Below, piece by piece: positions 18,951 to 26,048 of a stretch of DNA of 57,727 bases. The position numbers and the translations under genes are program-made. Source of the stretch: Bacteroidales bacterium UBA4621 (GTDB taxonomy: Bacteria > Bacteroidota > Bacteroidia > Bacteroidales > Paludibacteraceae). The stretch covers positions 1 to 57,727 of the forward strand of contig DGIN01000005.1 in assembly GCA_002387325.1 (NCBI GenBank). The letters run 5' to 3'. The notes beneath the pieces were generated by a model. That model was not told the DNA's origin, searched no databases, and saw only the letters and a list, made by a program, of their open reading frames with translations. Position 1 is the first letter of the stretch. Each line of letters begins with the position of its first letter.

Positions 18951-20048
18951 ATGAAAAAGATTTTTGCAACTCTCTCTATGGCTCTGGTGGCAGTAGCCAT
19001 GATGGCACAACAACCGGTCATCACATTTGAGAAGACAGAACACGACTTTGGCAAGATTAACGAGGCAGATGGTCGTGTTACTACGGTGTTCAAATTCAAG
19101 AACGAGGGAATGGAGCCTCTTGTATTGAGCAATGTACGTGCCAGTTGCGGTTGCACCACGCCTAAATGGACGCGCGAACCGATAGAACCGGGTCAGAACG
19201 GAGAAATCACCGTTACCTACAACCCTAACGGTCGCCCCGGTCGCTTCCAGAAGACCATCACCATTACCTCCAACGCTACGGAGAGTACCAAACGCCTGTA
19301 TATAAAAGGTGAGGTGATTCCGAAACCTGCCAAACCGATCAACCAGTATGCCGTGAAGATGGGCGAACTGAGTCTCAAATCGAAAACCGTTGATTTCGGC
19401 ACAATCAAAAAAGGTGAGAGCGTTATCCGCGAGATTGAGTACGCCAACCTGACCCAAGCAGACATCACCGTGGAATTGGCAACTCGCGACCAGGACAACT
19501 ATCTCCTGTCGCAAGTTACGCTCAGCCCTGTGAAAGCCACACAAACCGGCAAATTAGTATTTATCTTCGATTCGAAGGTTTGCAAGAACTACGGTCCCAC
19601 CACGCTCTATGCCTATGTGGTAGTGAACGGCAAGCAACAACACATCGACGAGTATATGATTACGCTCCGTGCCGATGTAGTGGAGGACTTCTCTACCCTA
19701 ACTCCCGCACAGCGTCAGAATGCCCCGATTATGGATATGGATACTCAGTTCGACCTTGGCACCGTGGCTGCAGGCAAGCATCTAAAAGGCACCATCAGCC
19801 TGAAGAACAGCGGTACCAACGCCCTGGCTATCCACCGCGTGTACAGCAGCGACCAGAACGTGGTCTGCACAGCACCGAAATCGGTAAAGGCAAGTCCGAA
19901 AGCCGCAACAATCAAAGTGGACATCAACACGATGGATAATAACGGCAAGCCGATGGAACCGGGCAAGTATGCACGCCAGATTTTGGTAATCACCAACGAC
20001 CCGAACCACCCCCGTCACACAGTCAATCTGACATGGACGGTGAAATAA
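18951..20048 (+). CDS. DUF1573 domain-containing secreted protein (three tandem Ig-like/DUF1573-like modules)
   Basis: 365 aa. Signal peptide MKKIFATLSMALVAVAMMAQQ. 'FEKTEHDFGKI......FKFKNEG..PLVLSNVRASCGCTTP' is the DUF1573 signature (CGCT). Confidence 0.8.
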   Translation: MKKIFATLSMALVAVAMMAQQPVITFEKTEHDFGKINEADGRVTTVFKFKNEGMEPLVLSNVRASCGCTTPKWTREPIEPGQNGEITVTYNPNGRPGRFQKTITITSNATESTKRLYIKGEVIPKPAKPINQYAVKMGELSLKSKTVDFGTIKKGESVIREIEYANLTQADITVELATRDQDNYLLSQVTLSPVKATQTGKLVFIFDSKVCKNYGPTTLYAYVVVNGKQQHIDEYMITLRADVVEDFSTLTPAQRQNAPIMDMDTQFDLGTVAAGKHLKGTISLKNSGTNALAIHRVYSSDQNVVCTAPKSVKASPKAATIKVDINTMDNNGKPMEPGKYARQILVITNDPNHPRHTVNLTWTVK

Positions 20049-20052
20049 TGAC

Positions 20053-20080
20053 GAATTAAGAATGATGAATTAGGAATTAT
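20053..20080 (+). repeat. GAATNAN heptamer array x4 starting 5 nt after the stop codon
   Basis: gaattaa, gaatgat, gaattag, gaattat. The 17-mer TAATGACGAATTAAGAA (20046-20062, stop codon included) is identical to 22793-22809. Confidence 0.9.
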
Positions 20081-20111
20081 ATGCTTTGTAGGTTTCTCCC
20101 CCACCTGTATG

Positions 20112-20146
20112 TTAATTGTTAATTGTTAATTCTTAATTGTTAATTG
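20112..20146 (+). repeat. TTAATTG heptamer x5, 11 nt upstream of meaB start
   Basis: Units at 20112, 20119, 20126 (ttaattc), 20133 and 20140. Confidence 0.95.
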
Positions 20147-20157
20147 TACATTGAACC

Positions 20158-21246
20158 ATGCATCATCCTGAAAACGAGCAACAATACAAAGGTCTGACGG
20201 TGAACGCCGGGGTGGAGAATCTCCCCAGCGTTAATCCGTATGCCACCTTTCGCCGCAAGAAACGTACATTGAGTGCCGAAGAGTATTTCGAGGGCATCCG
20301 TCGCGGCGATGCGTCCATTCTCGGTCAGGCGGTAACGCTGGTCGAGAGCAGTCTCCTGTCCGACCAAGCCATCGCCCAGAAAGTGATTGAGATGTGTTTG
20401 CCCTATTCGGGAAAATCTATCCGCGTAGGTATCACAGGCGTGCCGGGTGCAGGCAAATCGACGTTTATTGAGGCACTTGGCACCGAACTCTGCGAGCAAG
20501 GCAAACATCTTGCCGTCTTGGCGATTGACCCCTCGAGCGAGCGCAGCAAGGGCAGTATTTTGGGCGACAAAACACGTATGAACGAACTGTCGGCTGCTGC
20601 GAATGCGTTTATCCGCCCCAGTCCGTCAGCAGGTTCGCTTGGCGGGGTGGCACGCAAGACGCGCGAGACGATTGTGCTGTGCGAAGCCGCAGGGTTCGAC
20701 ACGATACTGGTTGAGACGGTAGGTGTCGGACAGTCGGAGACCGCCGCCCACTCGATGGTGGACTATTTCCTGCTCCTGCAGGTAACCGGCACGGGAGACG
20801 AACTGCAAGGTATCAAACGCGGCATTATGGAGATGGCGGACGGCATTGCCATCAACAAATGTGACGGTAACAACATTGAGCGTGCGCAGGCTGCACGCGT
20901 GAGTTTCCGCAATGCGCTGGCTCTTTTCCCGCCCTCGGAGTCGGGCTGGAAACCCGATGCGATATGCTGCTCATCGGTGGAGCATACGGGCGTAGCGGAG
21001 GTATGGAAAAACATCGAAGATTATATCGCTTTCGTCCGCAAAAACGGCTATTTTGACCGGCATCGTACCGAGCAGGCGAAATACTGGATGTACGAGACCA
21101 TCAACCAAGCCCTGTTGGACGGGTTCTACAAAAACGAGCGTATGGAGCGATTTATCGAACAAGCCGAAAAACAAGTACTGGACAATGAGATAAGCAGTTT
21201 TGTCGCTGCACACAACCTGCTGACCGAATATGGCAGAAACCACTAA
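20158..21246 (+). CDS. meaB: methylmalonyl-CoA-mutase-associated G3E GTPase MeaB/ArgK
   Basis: 362 aa. 'GITGVPGAGKSTFIE' (P-loop), 'ETVGVGQSE' and 'INKCD' (NKxD). Confidence 0.88.
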   Translation: MHHPENEQQYKGLTVNAGVENLPSVNPYATFRRKKRTLSAEEYFEGIRRGDASILGQAVTLVESSLLSDQAIAQKVIEMCLPYSGKSIRVGITGVPGAGKSTFIEALGTELCEQGKHLAVLAIDPSSERSKGSILGDKTRMNELSAAANAFIRPSPSAGSLGGVARKTRETIVLCEAAGFDTILVETVGVGQSETAAHSMVDYFLLLQVTGTGDELQGIKRGIMEMADGIAINKCDGNNIERAQAARVSFRNALALFPPSESGWKPDAICCSSVEHTGVAEVWKNIEDYIAFVRKNGYFDRHRTEQAKYWMYETINQALLDGFYKNERMERFIEQAEKQVLDNEISSFVAAHNLLTEYGRNH

Positions 21247-22795
21247 AAATACACGCAGACGCAACCCTTCCGCCCCCGCCAAGGTAGGTGCCAACGAAAT
21301 GGGCAAACTGCCCCCACAAGCCCCCGAATTGGAGGACTCTGTGCTGGGCGCACTGATGATAGAGAAAGAGGCATACGGTACCGTAGCCGACTTGCTCACG
21401 CCCGAATCGTTCTACAAAGACCAGAACCGTATTATCTTTGAGGCGATACGTGCTTTGGCTTCCAAAGACCAGCCGATTGATTCCCTGTCGGTAGCCGAGA
21501 AACTGAAAAGTATGGGTACGCTGGAGGAGGCAGGCGGATTGCTCAATCTGACCGAACTCACCCGTCGTGTGGCTTCTACCGCCCACCTGCGCTACCATGC
21601 GCAGATCATTGCGCAGAAAGCCACCGCCCGCGACCTCATACACCTTGCCGCCGAGATAGAAGAGGCAGGGTACGACGAGACACAGGACATCGAAGAACTG
21701 ATGCAGCGTGCCGAGGCTGGTGTGTTCGAGATTGGGCAGCGTGCGCAGAAGCGCGATGTTACCCAGATTGACCCCGTTGTAGCGGAGGCATTGCGCCGCA
21801 TGAACGAAGCCGCCAAAAACGACAGTAACATTTCGGGTATTCCATCGGGATTCGGTGCTTTGGACAAGATTACTGCCGGTTGGCAGAAGTCCGACCTTGT
21901 TATTCTTGCCGCCCGCCCCGCTATGGGCAAGACCGCCTTTGTGCTTTCAATGGCAAAGAATATAGCCGTCAACTATGGACGCCCGGTGGCGATGTTCTCG
22001 CTTGAGATGTCCAACGTGCAGTTGGTCAACCGTCTGATAATGAACGTGTGCGAGATAGAGGGCGACAAGATCAAGACGGGGCGTCTGACCAAAGATGACA
22101 AAGCCCGCCTCAACACGAAGATCAACGAATTGTACGGTGCCCCGCTGTACATTGACGATACGCCCTCGCTCTCGGTATTCGAGTTGCGCTCCAAAGCACG
22201 CAAGTTGGTACGTGAACACAATGTGGAAATGATTATCATCGACTACCTGCAATTGATGAACGCACAGGGAATGAGTTTCGGTAGCCGCGAGCAGGAGATA
22301 AGTATCATATCCAGAAACCTGAAAGGACTGGCGAAAGAACTGGATATTCCGATTATCGCCCTCAGTCAGTTGAACCGTGGTGTGGAATCACGTCAAGGCA
22401 ACGAGGGAAAGAAACCGCAGTTGAGCGACTTGCGCGAGTCAGGTGCCATTGAGCAGGACGCCGATATGGTGTGCTTTATCCACCGTCCGGAATATTATCA
22501 TTTCTATAATGATGAAAAAACGGGAAAAGACCTGCGCGGATTAGCGGAAATCATCATTGCCAAGCACCGTAGCGGTGCCACCGACGAGGTGTTTCTGCGC
22601 TTCCGCCATAAATTTGCGAAGTTCCAGAACGAGGACGAGGCTGCACCGGATGACGATTACGGCATACCGCCTGCACCCGCACCCGGCGAAGGAGGCGGTT
22701 ACCAGAGTTTCCGGTCGAAGATGAACAGTATGAACCCCGACGGAGCGGCTATGAACCAGAATAGCATGGGAGACTTTGAGGATGCACCGTTCTAA
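21230..22795 (+). CDS. dnaB: replicative DNA helicase DnaB with ~45-aa acidic/low-complexity C-terminal tail
   Basis: 521 aa. 'PPQAPELEDSVLGALM', 'GFGALDKITAGWQKSDLVILAARPAMGKTAF' (Walker A), 'IIDYLQLM' and 'ALSQLNRGVE'. The tail ends ...GDFEDAPF. Confidence 0.93.
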   Translation: MAETTKNTRRRNPSAPAKVGANEMGKLPPQAPELEDSVLGALMIEKEAYGTVADLLTPESFYKDQNRIIFEAIRALASKDQPIDSLSVAEKLKSMGTLEEAGGLLNLTELTRRVASTAHLRYHAQIIAQKATARDLIHLAAEIEEAGYDETQDIEELMQRAEAGVFEIGQRAQKRDVTQIDPVVAEALRRMNEAAKNDSNISGIPSGFGALDKITAGWQKSDLVILAARPAMGKTAFVLSMAKNIAVNYGRPVAMFSLEMSNVQLVNRLIMNVCEIEGDKIKTGRLTKDDKARLNTKINELYGAPLYIDDTPSLSVFELRSKARKLVREHNVEMIIIDYLQLMNAQGMSFGSREQEISIISRNLKGLAKELDIPIIALSQLNRGVESRQGNEGKKPQLSDLRESGAIEQDADMVCFIHRPEYYHFYNDEKTGKDLRGLAEIIIAKHRSGATDEVFLRFRHKFAKFQNEDEAAPDDDYGIPPAPAPGEGGGYQSFRSKMNSMNPDGAAMNQNSMGDFEDAPF

Positions 22796-22882
22796 TGACG
22801 AATTAAGAAATTCACTGAGGTTTCCATGCTTTTAACCAGTGGATAGCCTCACCCTAAACTGCAAATAGAAAACAACAATATA

Positions 22883-24280
22883 ATGCAAAGAACAGTAATC
22901 ATTGATGCGCTCAAGCGCACTGACTTCGGCGCAGAAATCAACGTCCGCGGTTGGGTCAGAAGCCGTCGTGGCAACAAAAATGTATCGTTTATCGCCCTCA
23001 ACGACGGTTCTACTATCAAGAACATTCAGATTGTAGCCGATCTGAGCAAGTTCTCCGAGGAGCAACTCAAGCCCGTTACCACAGGGGCTTGCCTCTCTGC
23101 AACGGGTATCCTTGTAGAGAGCCAGGGTGCAGGGCAGACAGTGGAGATTCAACTCACCGGTCTCGAAGTTTACGGCACAGCCGACCCCGAGAAATACCCG
23201 CTTCAGAAAAAAGGCTTGAGTATGGAATATCTTCGTACCATTGCGCACCTACGCCCGCGTACCAACACCTTTGGGGCGGTATTCCGTATCCGCCACAATA
23301 TGGCGATGGCGATTCATACCTATTTCCATAAGCACGGCTATTTCTATTTCCATACCCCGATTATCACGGCTTCGGACTGCGAGGGGGCAGGACAGATGTT
23401 CCAGGTTACGACCAAGAACCTTTACAACCTGAAATTTGACGAGAACGGCAAGATTGACTACTCCGATGATTTCTTCGGCAAACAGACTTCGCTGACCGTC
23501 AGCGGGCAGTTGGAGGGCGAGTTGGCGGCTATGGCACTCGGCAAAATATACACTTTCGGACCTACGTTCCGTGCCGAGAACAGCAATACACCGCGCCACT
23601 TGGCGGAGTTCTGGATGATTGAACCCGAAGTGGCTTTCATACAGAAAGACGAACTGATGGACCTCGAAGAGGACTTCATCAAATACTGCGTCCGTTGGGC
23701 ATTGGAGAACTGCAAAGACGACCTTGAGTTCCTCAACCAGTATGTGGACAAAGGGCTGATTGCCCGTCTCGAATCGGTTATCAACACCGAATTCGTACGT
23801 TTGACCTACACCGAGGGCGTGAATATCCTGCAAGAAGCAATGAAGAATGGTAAGAAATTCGAGTTCCCTTGCAACTGGGGCGATGACCTATGCTCCGAGC
23901 ACGAGCGTTTTCTGGTAGAGGAGCATTTCGGAAAACCCGTCATTATGACCGACTACCCGAAGGACATCAAGGCATTCTATATGAAGATTAACGAAGACGG
24001 CAAGACCGTACAAGGTACCGATGTGCTTTTCCCGCAGATTGGCGAGATTATCGGCGGTTCGGTACGTGAGGAGAGCCTTGACAAACTGAATGCGGAGATA
24101 GAACGTCGCCGGATTCCGATGAAAGATATGTGGTGGTATCTTGATACCCGCCGTTTCGGTGCCGCACCGCATGCCGGTTTCGGACTGGGCTTCGAGCGAC
24201 TGATGCTCTTCGTTACGGGTATGCAGAATATCCGCGATGTCATCCCCTTCCCCCGTACTCCGAAAACCGCAGAATTCTAA
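22883..24280 (+). CDS. asnS: asparagine--tRNA ligase
   Basis: 465 aa. N-terminal OB domain, class II motifs '[25 protein letters not shown]' and 'GFGLGFERL'. Confidence 0.93.
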   Translation: MQRTVIIDALKRTDFGAEINVRGWVRSRRGNKNVSFIALNDGSTIKNIQIVADLSKFSEEQLKPVTTGACLSATGILVESQGAGQTVEIQLTGLEVYGTADPEKYPLQKKGLSMEYLRTIAHLRPRTNTFGAVFRIRHNMAMAIHTYFHKHGYFYFHTPIITASDCEGAGQMFQVTTKNLYNLKFDENGKIDYSDDFFGKQTSLTVSGQLEGELAAMALGKIYTFGPTFRAENSNTPRHLAEFWMIEPEVAFIQKDELMDLEEDFIKYCVRWALENCKDDLEFLNQYVDKGLIARLESVINTEFVRLTYTEGVNILQEAMKNGKKFEFPCNWGDDLCSEHERFLVEEHFGKPVIMTDYPKDIKAFYMKINEDGKTVQGTDVLFPQIGEIIGGSVREESLDKLNAEIERRRIPMKDMWWYLDTRRFGAAPHAGFGLGFERLMLFVTGMQNIRDVIPFPRTPKTAEF

Positions 24281-24285
24281 TCTAA

Positions 24286-24293
24286 TAAATTTG
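24286..24293 (+). promoter_or_regulatory. possible -7 box (TAAATTTG) for the ATPase/DUF4276-like pair
   Basis: Matches TAnnTTTG, 8 nt upstream of the ATG at 24301. No clear TTTG -33 partner, so the pair may instead be read through from asnS. Confidence 0.3.
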
Positions 24294-24300
24294 TACCGAT

Positions 24301-25308
24301 ATGATACAAACACTTACCATACAAAACTTCAAATCCATTGCCAATGTTACCCTCAATTTGGGAAACATCAATGTATTAATTGGAGCAAACGGTTCGGGTA
24401 AGTCCAACATCTTGGAGGCTGTAGGTATGGCTTCAGCCGAAAGAGACGGACATATAAAAACAGATGAATTGTTCTACAAAGGTGTCCGAATTGCAAAACC
24501 GAATTTGGTTGTCGGGTCATTCTTCGGGCATAAACCTTCTCAAAAAATTGCTATTACCATTGGCAATGAAAAAGAACAATTAAACTACCTTATCACCAAC
24601 GAACATCCGGATGACATATATGCCGATTGGAACGCATCTGTCAATATATCAGAATCCATTGAACTAAAAAATACCCTATCTAAGTACCTCATCTATTCCG
24701 CCTCTATTGATGCACTGCGTGGTTTCACTACAGGCAGTTACCAAATGCCGTTAGGGTTGAATGGTGAAGGATTGGATGTCTTGCTAAGTACTATGTCGGA
24801 AACAGACAAAAGGCTTATCAGAGATGAGGTAGCAGAATGTATTCCTTGGATGCAGGATATTTTCATAGATACCAATGATACATATAAAATGGAAGGGTAT
24901 AAGTTAGGACGAAGTAAATCTAATTTGTATTTTCAAGATCGGTATATGCAAAAAAACAATAACATATTTTCTGCAGAAAATGCCAATGAAGGCATATTGG
25001 AGTTACTATTCTATTTAACTCTCTTTGTTAGTAGAAAAACACCCTCCTTTTTTGCAATAGATAATATTGACAATGGTTTGAATCCGCGCTTGTGCAGACA
25101 TTTGCTTACTATTCTTGCCAAATTGGCAAAAAACAATGGTAAACAAGTGATTCTTACCACTCAAAACCCCGCAGTTTTAGATGGTTTGAATTTGAATGAC
25201 GATAGTCAGAAATTGTATATTGTAGAGCGAAATGATGAAGGGTACACCATTGCCAAACAACTGCGCACAAAGGAAAGTTCTTCCAAAATGAAACTTTCGG
25301 AAATGTAG
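24301..25308 (+). CDS. P-loop ABC/SMC-like ATPase (AAA_15/AAA_21 type)
   Basis: 335 aa. 'MIQTLTIQNFKSIANVTLNLGNINVLIGANGSGKSNILEA' is the RecF/SMC/OLD-type N-terminus with Walker A. C-terminal 'SFFAIDNIDNGLNP' is Walker-B/D-loop-like and 'VILTTQNP' is switch-like. Low-GC coding sequence (~33% in the first 60 nt). Confidence 0.8.
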   Translation: MIQTLTIQNFKSIANVTLNLGNINVLIGANGSGKSNILEAVGMASAERDGHIKTDELFYKGVRIAKPNLVVGSFFGHKPSQKIAITIGNEKEQLNYLITNEHPDDIYADWNASVNISESIELKNTLSKYLIYSASIDALRGFTTGSYQMPLGLNGEGLDVLLSTMSETDKRLIRDEVAECIPWMQDIFIDTNDTYKMEGYKLGRSKSNLYFQDRYMQKNNNIFSAENANEGILELLFYLTLFVSRKTPSFFAIDNIDNGLNPRLCRHLLTILAKLAKNNGKQVILTTQNPAVLDGLNLNDDSQKLYIVERNDEGYTIAKQLRTKESSSKMKLSEM

Positions 25309-25349
25309 ATGAATGGTTTAATTGGTGGCGTCCCTAACAACTTTTAAGT

Positions 25350-26042
25350 ATGAGATATGGAATTATTGCCGAAGGCATTGCAGATGTATATGTCATTCGC
25401 AACATATTAAAATATCTGCTAAAAGTAGATAGCACAGATATTTTTTCCATTCGTCCTACAGAGATTTTTGATGAGACAGATGTTTTAAAAATGCGTTTCA
25501 GCAATTGGGAATTGGTAATGCGTACCTGTGCTGATACTGATGTTCTTTCTGCCTTTTTCGATTCTTTTGAAGAAGAAGGGATTATCATTGTACAGATTGA
25601 TACAGCGGAACGAGGTGAAACGAACTATAACATCCCTCTACCTATACGAACGAAAGATACAGACTGGATGACCTATTCAGAGACGCTCCGCCAAGCAGTA
25701 AAAGCCAAATTGGAAACATTTATTCCTTCGCAATACCGATGTAAAATGGTATATGCTGTTGCAATCAGAGAGACAGATGCGTGGCTGATACCTATTTTCT
25801 GTAAGTCAGATAACGATACATCTTCATTGGCAAATCCTAAGGAACGCTTGCAGGCTACGATTGGTTCTTTAGGAAACAAAAAGAAGAAATTTATTAACAC
25901 AAACAAAAGACATTTGGATTATCAAGAAATTGCAAAACAATTCAAACGAACCCTACCGGACTGCAGAAAAGCCAATCGGAGTTTGGACTTATTCTGCACG
26001 GATTTGGAGAGTATTAGCACAAAAACGAATGATCAAAACTAA
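25350..26042 (+). CDS. DUF4276-like / TOPRIM-like protein, partner of the upstream ATPase
   Basis: 230 aa. 'MRYGIIAEGIADVYVIRNIL' (strand-E-G), 'IVQIDTAERGE', 'AIRETDAWLIP'. Length and the N-terminal Glu fit my recollection of DUF4276. Lies 41 nt after the ATPase stop. The family call needs HMM confirmation. Confidence 0.55.
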   Translation: MRYGIIAEGIADVYVIRNILKYLLKVDSTDIFSIRPTEIFDETDVLKMRFSNWELVMRTCADTDVLSAFFDSFEEEGIIIVQIDTAERGETNYNIPLPIRTKDTDWMTYSETLRQAVKAKLETFIPSQYRCKMVYAVAIRETDAWLIPIFCKSDNDTSSLANPKERLQATIGSLGNKKKKFINTNKRHLDYQEIAKQFKRTLPDCRKANRSLDLFCTDLESISTKTNDQN

Positions 26043-26048
26043 TTTTAT

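Noticed and set aside
20158-21246. Orphan MeaB/ArgK GTPase without an adjacent methylmalonyl-CoA mutase
   Set aside because: The mutase genes may simply lie elsewhere. This cannot be evaluated from one window and no sequence anomaly was seen.
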